Positions 13,576-26,892 of a stretch of 64,000 nucleotides of DNA are shown here, piece by piece; within the stretch, counting starts at the first letter, position 1, and each line of letters begins with the position of its first letter. The position numbers and the translations under genes were made by a program. The notes under the pieces were generated by a model, which was not told the DNA's origin, ran no database searches, and worked only from the letters and a program-made list of their open reading frames with translations. The stretch is taken from NCBI GenBank assembly GCA_028023455.1, contig JAQFVV010000010.1, positions 3,596,001 through 3,660,000 on the forward strand, in the 5' to 3' direction. This DNA comes from Epiperipatus broadwayi (Eukaryota; Animalia; Onychophora).

Positions 13576-14944
13576 AAAAAAATAGAATAATGCAGTTATG
13601 AAAATGACAATAAAATAGTAAAGTGAGACAGTACATATATGCATATTGAAAAGAATTATTTCTTTTAATATCAGCTGCAGGATAATTTAGTCATTAAATA
13701 TGAATTTATCTAGGTTAAACTTATTAAAAGATTCACATTCATGAAATGATCATGTGACAAAATTCAAGGCATTTTAATAATAATATAAATATCTATGTGG
13801 GGTATAATTGTAAAAGAAGAAAAAAAATAGAAAAGGGGACTTTTTTGTATAGTTTGTTTTATTTAATATATATTTTATTTTGGGGAAAAAAGAAGGGTTT
13901 AAGATCTTTATCACTGAAGACATTATATAAAAAGTTAATAAACAGAATAATTTTGAAAAGACAAGAAGGGATAAGATCTTTATTTCTGAAAAAACTGTTA
14001 TATAAAAATCGGTTGGTCAAACTTTAACGGTATTGGTTGTTAAATAGCCAAAATAAATGAATTAAAACAAGAAGTCAATAGGTTCTAGTAACATATGGTA
14101 GCTTAAATTATTATATCAAGTATATTTATTGTGTTATCCTGTGATAATATCAGTAGCTTATTAGCCATTGAATGGGAATTTCGAAATACATTGCCTGGGT
14201 CTATTTGAAGTAAGTACTTAAAATTATGCCATCAATAATAGGTAAAATATAAAATCTCTAATAAATCAAAATAAACTAAATGAAAGTAATAAATTTAAAT
14301 AATACTAAATTAAAAGGTAACAATTTATTAAAGTAGTCAATAGATCCTAAGAGATCTTCCCTTAGTCATAAAATGATGTAATTAAATCTTGTCCTATATA
14401 AATTTCTGTTCATGATTGTCCAAAATTATGTACGTTTGCTTTGTTGTTATTAGTATATTCACAAACTTGTAAATAATGTAAATACATTTTATTTAAAAAT
14501 ATATTTAGTTGTCTGGGGCCTTATTGCTAATTACTATCCATACAGTTATTACTATTGCTATCAACATATTTTATTGTCATTAAAATCATCATTAGTTAAT
14601 ATAATAGATTTTATGATGCATTAGCATATCAAAATAAGCTTTGTTAAGCTCTTATATTTAGAGTACATAAAGTTTTATTGCTTATTGATCGAGACGTTGT
14701 TGATCTTAATCGCATGTATTATTTTTAAACAATATTTTAAAGATAAAATATTCAGTTTTGGAATAATCTGTTTATCTAAATCATCAGATGCATCATTCAC
14801 TGATCTTGATCATATTGCCCATGGTTATTAAATAAAAGATGGTTTGTAAATTATTATAATTACTTTATTAAGTAATTTATTAACAGTATATTGTCTTATT
14901 CTTCTCTTTCACTTTCTTTGCATATCTTCATATAATCATATATA

Positions 14945-15182
14945 TTTCTTATAACACTTTTTTCATATACACTTCAATGCAAACAAATTCTCTTAAACTT
15001 CTTTATTTTCCTTACAATATATATATATGTGTGTGAAATGATGGTTATGTATTTATATTATTCAAATCTTGTAGCTCTGATGAAGACTTCCGGCAGTCAA
15101 AACTGTAAGGAAAATAAAGAAGTTTAAGAAAATTTGTTTGCATTGAAGTGTATATGAAAGATGTGTTATAAGAAATATATAT
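14945..15182. repeat. Inverted repeat enclosing a degenerate family-2 hammerhead (15077-15107); probable PLE pseudo-LTR relic
   Basis: 14945-15017 is the reverse complement of 15105-15182. CTGATGA-A-GACT-tccggc-AGTC-AAAA-CTGTA lies between them (G12 lost). Confidence 0.65.
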
Positions 15183-15531
15183 AAATTTATTAATACTGCA
15201 TAGAATTTAAAGTTCATATTATTGCTAATATTGGAATTGCCAAATGTTCTTAACTAATTGCATTTTATTTGATGTGCTGTCTTTGCTTGTTATATTTGGG
15301 TAGTGGCAAAATCCCTCTCACTGATCCAAAGTATGTATTTTAAAATAGTAATATTTAAGTTATTTGAACCCTGAGAAAAGTAAGTAATTGATTAATAATC
15401 TCAACTTTATTGTTAGTATTCATTGCTAAAGTTATTTGTTCTGCTTTTCCTTAATCTCTTATATGTATTCTTGTTGTTTGACTGATTTAGTAGAAATTTT
15501 AAAATGTAAATTTCTTTTCTAATTTAAAACT

Positions 15532-15825
15532 ATTAAAACAGGTAAAACTCCATACTGTAGTGCCACTCAGTGCAAGCCAGATTAATTAATGGATGCCAGA
15601 AGGCTTGTGCATAAAATCCTTATCTAGCGTCTACTCATCCAATATCCCCAGACTAGTTTCTAGCTTGTGGCTTTTGTCAGTGAGGAAGCCTTGGATCTGA
15701 GAGCACTGTAGCTAGATCTTAGGATCTCGCTACTGAGTGGCACTGCTATATGGAGAGTTTTACCTGTTTTAATAACAATTATGAACAAGCTTAAGAAATT
15801 ATGATCATGTGATGCTTAGTGCTTT
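15532..15825. mobile_element. Hammerhead-repeat family 1, locus C (hammerhead on minus strand at ~15645-15686, core CTGACAA)
   Basis: Antisense arm 15532-15727, then short sense arm ending GATCATGTGATGCTTAGTGCTTTAA. Confidence 0.9.
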
Positions 15826-15949
15826 AATTTAAAACTTATAATCTATTTTAATTTAGTGATTAAATATTTTGTCTTAGACAAGCTTAGAAACCCTTGCTTT
15901 GTTTCATTATTGTTTTGCTATTGTTTGACATTATATTAATTTTGATAGT

Positions 15950-17260
15950 TCCAAATCTCAGTCTTCACCATCAACATTCTTATTATAGCTCACCCATATT
16001 TTTCTTTCTTTTATTTTTCATACTCAATTCATCTTAGGTCATTATCATAATTTATTTATTCTTTATTGATCTCTATTCTCATTCATTTTTCTTTTCCTCA
16101 CTCTTAAGTCCATTCATTTTTCATTAATTAATTATTATTTGTTTTTATCATCCATTTAATTGTTTACATCTTAATTCATTTATCACCCAACTTATATTAA
16201 TTTCATAGATGGATGCCTTTCTGATCATTAATTATTTAGGTAGAATTTCAAACTAAATTTATCTTGTAATATTTTTGCTTTTGGATTTTGAAGTTAATTT
16301 AATCGATGTTTAATATTGGAAGTTATTATCTTCCTGTACACTTTGTGATCTCTCCCTTTTTAAATTTGCTCTTGTATACACTAGCCAAACTTGTTTGTAA
16401 TATTGTTTTATAATTATGACTTATAGGCCATAAGAGATAAATAGGGTGGACATAAACTAGTATAAGAATCGGTAGTGCCTTGTGGTCTCCATTTATGTTT
16501 CAAGTCGGTTTCTAATAATGTATTATTATTTGTTTATGGTTAAGGTCGATATAATGTAGTATAGAGATGAGGTCAGTGGGGTACTTTGTGATCTTCCTTA
16601 GATTTATATTCATGCTAGTCAAGTCTTACTCCTTTGGATTGGTTCATGTTCAGGCTGAGCCAAGTTTGTTTTGAGATAATATTTTTATTTTAACATTATT
16701 CTCATGCATATATATTTGTTGGAGGTTACAATATATATATGAATTATAGTATAGAATATATTTAAAATCAAGAAAAACAAATATTCCCTTAGTCTCCAGG
16801 AACTCATGTTTTTTTGTGTGTGTGTGTGTAAACTTACTACACAAAGATATGGCCATATGAATTGTCCAAATAATGTTTCTGATTCAGTTTTGAAGAATAA
16901 GTTGACAAAGTAATTTCTCCGAATCTGCAGGAAGACTGGATTGGATGCAGACTTCAGCTTTTTATAGATGACAGGATAAGTAATACATTTACTTTCATAG
17001 GTAATGGGGAATAGTCAAGCGCATTCATGGTTTTACCCCCGCATCATCATATTGACATGCATATATTCTTTTTTCAGTGGCATCTTTCAATTATATTTCT
17101 TGATAACAATTTTAACACTCCGAAGAAATATTGCTTTTTTCACAGACAATGGGTCTATTTGCCATCCTGATTATTGGCCTCCAGTGCTTCATTCTTACAT
17201 ATCTCTCTAAAACTCCACAAAACTATTATTAATCATCAATTTTTTTGCATTTATATCATT
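15950..17260 (-). mobile_element. Old LINE reverse-transcriptase relic
   Basis: Minus strand has GIFVFLDFK (~16795-16765, in track ORF 16650-16856; resembles xxFLDxxKAFD) followed downstream by GGAG-ACCACAAGGCACT (~16490-16470), a one-base deletion of G-V-P-Q-G-T. Confidence 0.55.
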
Positions 17261-18379
17261 TTAAGATAATCTAGAATGTTCTATCATTTTTATCTCACAT
17301 AATATTTCCCAACATTTATTAATTAAAACCAAAATGTTTGATTTTTAAATCTGATATCCAGATCCCGCTTCCCTTGTTGCTTTCTAAATATTTTTTACAA
17401 AAGAAAATCTTTTAGCAGGTTTTATCTAAAAGCAGTTCATTCCTAATGTTTTTCTTTTTTAAAAAATAACATTTCAAAACAAGTAAAAAATATATTGATA
17501 ACCATCTGTTTCTTTTATAAAAAAAAAGTATTTTTTTTTAATTTTCCTTTGAATTAAAGAGAAAACTAATTATACATAAAAAAATTATATATACTGTATA
17601 GGCCTATTTTACATTTATCCCTTTAACATTATATATATGCATATTTCATAAAAAAGCAATAAGCAATAGTCCCCTTGAAACATATGGTAGGTGCACTACC
17701 ATGTTTTACGTATATGTGAGAATATATTTTCCCTTGTGACAGGGTTCAAATTTGCTTCCTGTTACAATGTATGTATTGAAAAGTACTGCATACTTACAAT
17801 TCAATAAATAAGACATTTTATATAGCGTGATGTTTTTATAAACTATAATACCAATAAACTAATGCACATGCACTTTGTAGATGCATATTCTATTCTAGTC
17901 AGTGTTTATCAATAAAAAATCAACTATTATGTGCTACATATAATACGGTAAACATGACAAAGATTTGGAACAAAATATAGCATAGTTTGTGACTCCACTG
18001 TATATGTTTATTCATACTTTTTTCTGTAATATATTTAATGTAATTGATCTCATAGACTTATCTTGTTAGAATCTTTAATGTAATATAATGATTTAATAGG
18101 TTTTTTTTTTATATTTTATGTTTATATGCAAAATGGATTTATGAATCTTCAATAAATTGCTCTTTTATATATATTTTTCTTCTAATTGTTTTTTTTTTTT
18201 GTTTGCCCATGCTAACCACATCACACATTTTATAATTTATTTTGTACAACATATCTCTTTTATTTTAGAATTAGATATAAGTGATTAAAATTTACTGTTT
18301 GACCATTTGTATGATGTTTAGTTTTGATTAATGTTTTATAAATATTGGAAAATATAAATTTCATATTAATTTTTTTTAC

Positions 18380-19070
18380 CACAGATATGCCATCTAATGT
18401 GAACTTTAGAAATGCTAGTGTTTGATAAGTCTCTCTTCAGAGCTGTTCTATCCAATATTCCCAGGACTCATTAATGAGGAGCTTTGAATATTGTAATAGT
18501 ACATCTGGATCTGAAATATTTAATTCATCTTCCTTTTAGAAATCATCATTTACTTATATATTTTACTATCAAGTTATAAGCCTTAAATTAATAAACATAT
18601 AAATATTTTTAATTTAAGTCAACTTTTTTATATGATGATATAGATCTCAAATAGTTCAATTCCTTTATAGTATGATGTCCTTACTTATTTAACAACTATA
18701 GGCACATTTGCCTTATGGCTAGGATTGGTATAAAACCAATAAAATATCATATGACTCCAGCTTATGCATTGCCATGTTAGCAGCAGATAGCTTAGATTGA
18801 GAACATTCATGTTTTTTTTTTTTCATTTACATTGATAGCTTGATAGTAAAATAGAGAAGTATATGATGGCTGCAAGAAGGAAGGTACATTAGATTTTAGA
18901 GATATATGCAATGTCTAAAGATCCAAAGCTCCTCACTAATGAAAATTATAAGCAAGAAACTAGTCTGAAGACATTTAATAGGACAGACCTGGATAGAGTT
19001 TATTAAGCACTATCATCTATTATTTATTAAGTACTAAAGTTTTATATTAGGTAGCATAATTGTGATGAAA
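18380..19070. mobile_element. Hammerhead-repeat family 1, locus D (old, highly diverged, divergent arms)
   Basis: Plus arm GATCCAAAGCTCCTCACTAATGA...GAAACTAGTCTGAAGA (18920-18970); minus arm ATCCAATATTCCCAG..CATTAATGAGGAGC (18448-18482); monomer-junction relic AGGATTGGTATAAAACC (~18721). Confidence 0.7.
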
Positions 19071-19874
19071 AAAAAAGAGCATGCTATTGCAACAGCAGTG
19101 TATAAGCTAGAGTTGTGTGATAGTCATATAGCATTTATTTTTTAGTATTTAAATTTTTATCTTTATTAGAATTATATTTTTAATCATTATTAAAATTTTC
19201 AGTAACTATGGTATTTTGCATCCTTGGCCAATCCATTAGTGAGACAAAGAGACAATTGTCTCAAGCATTATATTAAAATAGGTATTAAAATGGTTCCTAA
19301 TGGTTTAAAAAATAATTTTTATTAAATTAATAGCAATAAAAAGTCTAAATGAAATAAAATTTTAAAATGATTTTGAAAGAATTTTCAATGGAAATATACA
19401 GATAGCTATGAAATAATACATTGGCATTCACAAATGATAATATGAATGAAGTTTCTAAATTTTGTTAAAAGGTAAAACTAAAGAATGTTATTGCAGTTTT
19501 AAATCAATTTACTTGGATCTATTTAATTGTCTGCAAATGTAGATAAATAAAAAATAATTTCTTTCAGATTTAAATATTTTAAGTTAAAATTATGTTTGCT
19601 ATGCTTAAATTTAAACAACTTAATTGTTTGCAGGATATTTACAAATAAATTTCTATAAGTAAATTAACTGCTGACCTATTTTGCTTTGTTTAATGTAGAT
19701 ATAGAAAAAAGAAATTAAACAGTAAATTTCTTGGAAAATTGTATTATTCCATTTAAAAAATTCTGAATTTGAAAATTGATTAAAAGTGTGCTTTTTACTT
19801 GTTCTTGGAAAAAAAAAATCTTACTATTTTAGATTTCTGATTTTTTTTTATTGGTAAATGTGTATCAATTAAGA

Positions 19875-20482
19875 CAGCGGTCTCCAACCCTATGCCCGCG
19901 GACACCATGGCACCCGCAGACCATTTTACATGTGCTCGCCGCTATCCGAACACAATAAAAAATTATTTATCTGATACAAATAAATTTAATTTTTAAAATT
20001 TCTTATAAATTATTGTATTATATTGTAATCAAATTGTAGGGCATACTATACTTTTACAGCGTAAAAATACAAACGTTAATTATCAATACTTATGCGCTTA
20101 TAACGCTCGTTAAAGAAGTTATATGTTATTAAATTTATTTAAAGCTTAGTGCTTTCAAAGCTCTATGGTTTCATAATCATAGCTGTGCAAAATAAAAATA
20201 AAACGTTTGATAGTGATGAGGGGGAGTATTCAAATTTATGTTAATTAGATGTTTCGGTATATTATTTAAAATATTGTTTGACTTAGTTTGTCCATCTTTT
20301 GGAAATGGCAAAACGTTAATTATATGTTAAAATTTTATTTTTGAAATAAATATTTTTTTGTACATTATGTGTATTATTAACAATATCCAACTATAAATTT
20401 ACATTGAAAAAATAAATGGTGCCTGCCACCTGGCTGGTATTATAGAATGTGCTCTTAAGTGCAAAAAGGTTGGGGACCCCTG
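19875..20482. mobile_element. hAT MITE, 608 bp
   Basis: TIRs CAGCGGTCTCCAACC / GGTTGGGGACCCCTG; 8-bp TSD AATTAAGA / AATTAATA. Confidence 0.9.
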
Positions 20483-20743
20483 AATTAATATCATTTTCAG
20501 ATAAAGTAAAAATTAAAAAGAAAATGGTTTATTTTATATTTAAATGTATTAAATTAAAAATATATTTATTATGTTAAAAATTTGTTTGAATTAAAACAAA
20601 TAATTATTTTCAGGATGTCTACAAAGAGATTTGTAAAAATCAACTGAATTTTTAAAGTAATTTAATAATTAGTAAAATATAGAATATTGATGATCATTTT
20701 CAACCAATGTAATCTACTGCAATCCATTTTCTCTAATCCTTTT

Positions 20744-21040
20744 GGTACTGACTTAGAGTGTGCTCACAACTATTTTGAAGACTATCCAAAATCACTGCTG
20801 ACACATCGAGGAATAAATGATATTGAATAATCCACACATGGTCATGATATGACCATTCATTACAAAATTGCAATTTACATCAATAATTAAATCAGTATCA
20901 TACTTGGTACTGATTTAGACATATCCAAATGATCCCATGTAGATTGTTTGAGGTCATTTATCACTTGGATGTGTCAGCAGTGCTTTTGGGTAATCTTTAG
21001 AATTCAAAATGGTAGTGAGTGCCCTTTAAATCAGCACCAT
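20744..21040. repeat. Diverged inverted repeat (~80-bp arms, ~135-bp spacer)
   Basis: CCAAAATCACTGCTGACACATC..ATAAATGA mirrored by TCATTTAT..GATGTGTCAGCAGTGCTTTTGG. Confidence 0.7.
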
Positions 21041-24000
21041 CCTTTTCTCCACATTATACTACCAAACTTCCATATTTCATCTATCTATCTTACATATATA
21101 TAGTCTTTCTAATATTTCTAGGGATCCAATTTAAGACATTATATGTCTATCTATTATTATTTCATCTAAAGATGTCCAATTTAACTCCATTCCAGTCTTT
21201 TAATTCATTTAATGATGTCAGTGATACTTATTTGTTCTTTCACCCACAAAGTTTATTTTTGACCTCTTTTTATTACTCCTAATACATTCTTAATTGAATG
21301 ATCTGAAATCTCTGTATCTGTATTAAGTATCCAAATCTCAGATCCATAAGTAAGAACTGATAAAATGCATCTATTAAAATATTTTCTTTTCAAGCATATC
21401 GCATATTTAAAAAAAAGTATTTAAATAGTTTAAATTAGTAACAAATTCCTCTTTTATAAAAGAAATTTCATTTATGTTCTTGTTAAGATCATTATAAATC
21501 TTATTTTTAGCTTTTATTTTTAAATAAAATATCTGCATGTACTATCTGACTTTCCGTAGCGCTATGTATATATATGCATGTATGGCTGTTTAATTGGTTT
21601 TGTAATAAAGTTCAAATATTTATTGTAATTACAGTCAGACAGGAAATGAATAAATTCCCCCCAAAATATAAACTCTCTAAAAAATTTACATATGCTAAGC
21701 ATGCATTTAAATTTTCATTAAACTAATGTATACTAATTTATGCAGATTATACAAGTAATATAAAACTGGTGAAATCTGTCCATTCTGTATATGAGTATGA
21801 AATAAGAAAATAAGCATGTGTTCACAGTTTATACTAAACAGATGTGTGAAGTTTAAGTCACATTTTAAGAAAAATAAGTCTATGCATAAAAATTGTCTTA
21901 TTCATTACTAAAAAGATTAGTCAATGTATTAAATTCCTTCTATTAATACCTATTTGTTTTGACTTGAGTTAATAAACTTATGCTGTTAAGTTTGAATTTT
22001 TGTGTCGATTTTTACTATATTAATTTTTACCTATGTGTAATTAACTGGTCTTGTCAATAATACCCCTGAGTATATAGCATTATATATCTACAATAATGTA
22101 TTATTTTTTATTCATTTTTTAATTTAGAATTTTATAAGTATAGTGAATATTAATCCATTAATTACTTTAAATATAACAATGAATATTGAAATTTGCATAA
22201 AGTATTGATTAATTTGCACTAATATTTCTTCTATAATATTTATTATGTTTTGGTTAGATATAAATTAATTCATTATTTTTATAAATATTTTGTATATTTT
22301 ATAATCTTGATATTTTGATACATTGTTTTCAATGTCCGTTGTATTTATACCCGATTTTTTATATTCTTTTAAGTTCTTTATAATAGAATATGTATTATTT
22401 GTATATAAATCCTTGTATATTTATTATCCATTTATTAAAATATTTACAGAATAAAATCATTAAAACTAAATAATAATCCCAAATGGATTGTTTTATTGGA
22501 TAGTTTAATTTTAATAAGAAAATATTTGAGTTTTCATTAAAAAAGATATCATTTATATTTGTTTATTAGTAAATATTTTTTTCATTTTTTTAAATATATA
22601 TAATTTCAAAACAAAATCTATATTTGATGAATATACTTATATGTACACATTAGCATTTGCATGAAAGATTAATGAAATTTTTTAGTATTGAAATAATATA
22701 TTTATTAAGTAATTTATCTAGATATTATTTATTTGATTTTAATATTATAATTCAAAATTTATTATCATAAAATTACAATGTTTACTTATATTAATTTCTC
22801 TGTCTGAAGACAGGGCTGTATAACTTTAGGCAGTATAATAATTTCAGTGATAGTTACTATTAGCTACCACCATCTTGTATTAGCCCAAATTTTTGGATGT
22901 GGTTTTGGTAATAGTGTCATTTTTCTAATGTTGTACTGACTTATATTAATAATTTTATATAAAAGTTATATTTATTGTATGCTTTTCAATAAAGATGTCA
23001 TGTGATAATTCTGTTAATTCTTTATTCTTTTCAATGTTAGGGAATATCATCGTGTCAAGCTAAACTTGCCTGCAGCCTAACTATTTTGATTTATGTAACC
23101 AAAGCATGTTATAATTTTGTTAGTGTTGTTTACCATTGCTCAACTTCACTGGGATGGGATATTGTCTCTGATCAGGTACTTATAGTGACTATAAATTAAT
23201 CTAGGGTTAAATTACTGAATATCAGCTTCAAATTTCATGAAGAAATTCTTATTTATCATATTGTGTTTATGTTATAAACTGCAGCATTGATACCATTATT
23301 ATAATTCACTTATAATATCTATACTTTTTGTTTAATTAGTATTCTTTCATTCAATATTGAAATTGGCAAAAAACAACTATAAAAAGTTGATTTACTCAAA
23401 ATTATTTACACTTCACAACTAGTACAATTATTATACAAATTGTGATTGATATCCTTTTAGTTGTAAAATATTGTAGTAATAGATTAATTTTAGCTTAATA
23501 ATATATAGATGTTGCATATCATATCAGTGCAGGTTTGTTCTTAGTGATTTTTATTTTCCAATTCATTGTTTAATATAATATTTAAACTTTGATCTGGTTT
23601 GAAATATGGCTTTTTATCAATTTTTTTTTTTCAATTAACTTCTTGTTATTAAAAAAAAAAAGAAATATATATATTTAATTTTTCAAGTTGGCAAACAATC
23701 GTGAAATAGGAAGCTAAGCAATGAATAATAAAGAAAAAATACAGGTAGGTATATGACAAAAAAAAAAGTTTAATAAAATATTGCAATCAAAAAAAAAAAA
23801 AAATGTACTTTTATTATTTTTTATATATGAAAGATTAAGAAAAAAGTAGCTATTAATTTATTTTAATACACATGAATTATTGATATAATGATTGATTAGA
23901 AATAGATATGCATTGCATAAGTGGATTTGAAAGTTTGTTTTTTAAAAAGTTGATTCAGCAGCCATGCACATAATGGCTTTGAAAATTTATTCTAATATCC

Positions 24001-24126
24001 ATAGAGTACATTGCAGATTAGATAATCCTCTACCACTAATTTTTGGTGTAGGTTTTGAAAAATTTCTAATGCAGAGCTAGAATGATTTTTTAGTGTAGGT
24101 ATAATGTTAGACCAATAGGTCTAACA

Positions 24127-24361
24127 CAAAAGTGTGCAAACTATGGCCTGCTGCCTATGCACTAATGTCCCACACATATAAATGACTCTGGATATCATCC
24201 TAAATTTACTCAAAATTGATTTTTAAATCAGTATTTAATGAAAATTTGTTGAAAATAGGAAATCATTTCTGGCATAATTGTTTTATGTATTGGAAAGTAA
24301 AACCTTTTTATAACATATGGACTTCTACAGAGCCACAGTCAGAAAAGTTTGCCTACTCCTG
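24127..24361. mobile_element. hAT-Charlie-type MITE, 235 bp
   Basis: TIRs CAAAAGTGTGCAAACT / AGTTTGCCTACTCCTG; TSD GTCTAACA / GTCTAGCA (Charlie-like NTCTAGAN target). Confidence 0.8.
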
Positions 24362-26892
24362 GTCTAGCATTTTAATTCTTTAATATTGATAATGATAATG
24401 AAAAATCGATTACAATGATATTGTAAAGGAATCCTAGTGACTGACAGCAGAAAGAATGCTTTGTTTAGTATCTGCTTTATTCTGCTGACTAATTGTAAAA
24501 TAATGCTTTAAAAAAACAACTTATAATAGATTTTTTTTTAAGTTTTACATTGACAAATCTTAGGTTTCAGCACTTTGCAGAGTTATATTTGATTTTTATT
24601 GAATAATCAATTGTTGTTGTTGTTGTTGTTTTTTTGGTATTATTTAGATTTCCAAATAATCAGTTATTTTTTTACTTAAAACTTTTGTACTAAATCTGCC
24701 CTATAAGTTTGTGATAAATATTAAGTAACTTCTTTTTATTTGAAGGAAGCAAAAGTTTATTTATAGCAGAAAGAAATTGGTCAGTTCTTTGATACACTAA
24801 AAAGGTTAACAGTTGTTTTTTTTTAAAAAAAATATCAAAGAAATTTTTTGTTTAAATAATAAAAAATATTTGGAAAGTATTTTCTTAATTGATAATACTT
24901 ACCTACTTTACATACATTTATGTTGATTAGACGATTTTTATATTTTTAAAATACTACTTCACATTAGTATTTCACTTATTTCCTTGCATTCCAAAAGATG
25001 TTCTTATAATTCTATTCTAGAACTATTTATTGTACCCTTAAATACTAAATGGGCAGCAGAAGGTTATGCTATAATATCCACATCCCTGGTTCTGACCTTA
25101 TCACAGAAAACTTATATGCTTGTTTATATAGTAATCACCTCTTACTTCTTTACAATATTCAAGCTAGTAATGTGAAATTCAACAAATATTAAGAATTTGA
25201 ACACAAGCTAACTAATTCACTTAATCTGATCCCAGGTCATGATGATTTCAGAATTATATTAATTATAGACTTCTTTTTACTTTATCCTTTGATGTTCATT
25301 GATTACTTAAGCATACTATAGTTGGCCTTAAATTTAGGGTGGAGAAAAAAGTAATATGATTTTTTGTTGATATTAATCTTTCTAATTTACAATTGTCATA
25401 AAACTGAGGTCACTAAAATATGTAGTTAAATGATCTGCTGTTAGATCTATATAAATATGCAAGTGAATTGCTTGGGTTTAAAGCCATAAAATGTTATTTA
25501 ATTTCTGACTTTTACTCAACTTGAATAGTATAATAAGTAATAAAAGATAGTATTTGTTTAGATATATAGGTGTATCAATTGCAACTTGGATTTCAAAGTT
25601 TCTATTAATAAAGAAAAAAGCTAGAAACCAGTTTGAAGATAATAATACAATTACACTATCATGTAGTGTTCATTAATTAATCAAGTTTACAATAGATGGC
25701 TCAAGAGTAGAGTGAAAAGAAGTTCTTGTGGAAATATATGTTAAAAGTAAACTGAAAAAATCATGTGCTATATTATTAATATATATTTGTTTTTAAATTT
25801 CCCATAACTTTGATAATGTATATTTATGTTTTATATGTCATTATTGTATAACATTCTTATTTAAAATGTGTCATATTTCTTTAAAAAGTATTTGTGTTGA
25901 TAAACAAAATGTTTTATTGATAAAATATTTTAGGACCTACATTCAATATTTGCAAACAATTAGCCATTGATTAGACTAATGATCTTGTTTTCGGGTAGTT
26001 TTTTTTTTTATGTCAAAATGTTTTACAAGAACTTGCACATGATATTAAATTAATTTTTAAACATTGTTTAATAATGATTTTTAAAAATGCCAAATATTTT
26101 AACCATCCACTTTTTTACCAAAAGCAATCCATTTTTTTGAAAATCCAGAATAATTTTGATTTATTATCAACTATAAGTTTTGGGTTTGATTCTCATGTTA
26201 ATACTGTCACAGTCAGTCCAGCAAATCTGAGGAAAAGAGAATAATAATACCACTCAAATTGTATGGTCCACCAATTTGCCAACTTTTTGACCACAAAGAA
26301 CATTATGAGGCAACATTTATAAGGTAAAAATTCTAATGACTACAAAGAACATTATGAGGCAACATTCACATTAGGATCTTTGAAGATCTTCAATTTTGCC
26401 CAGAAAGGGGATGATTTAAAAAAAGTCTGAAATGTTTAAAATGATATTTTTATTTTAAGTAGATTGTTTTAATGAGTTTGCTTTTATAAATAAGCCTAAT
26501 TAATTTAATAATTGTCAGTTATAATATGTAAAAATGTAAATTAAAAGAATAAGAGATAGACAAGTAAATGTATTGTTAATATTTAAAAAATAAGTATATA
26601 TATATATTTACATAAAATTGTAGAATTTCATTGGTATCACGTTTTCATTTTTATATATTGTAGATGCCTTGGCAATGATTATATAAGAATGGTCAAAATA
26701 TTCGTAAATTATATATTTACATGAATTCACAAAAATAAAACAAGCTTTAAAAAAGAATTATTAGCTAAAAAGAAGAATAAAAATTAAATAGTAGATATTA
26801 TAATAATCTTTACTAAGAATTAGTTATAAAATAGTAGTATGTAAATCATCTACAGATAGTTCATAATCAGCATCTGTTTTTTAGCACCATAT

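Noticed and set aside
16810-16830. Microsatellites ((TG)n here; (TTG)n at ~24612; many (TA)n and poly-A/T runs)
   Set aside because: Ordinary simple repeats with no further structure.
21540-23060. Possible LINE (LIYADYT at ~21733) and PLE (LPKPHPKI on the minus strand at ~22915) relics
   Set aside because: Isolated short matches in extremely AT-rich sequence; too degraded to call.
26288-26366. 30-bp direct repeat with a 19-bp spacer as a CRISPR-like array
   Set aside because: Two copies only, eukaryotic context, no cas genes; a simple local duplication.
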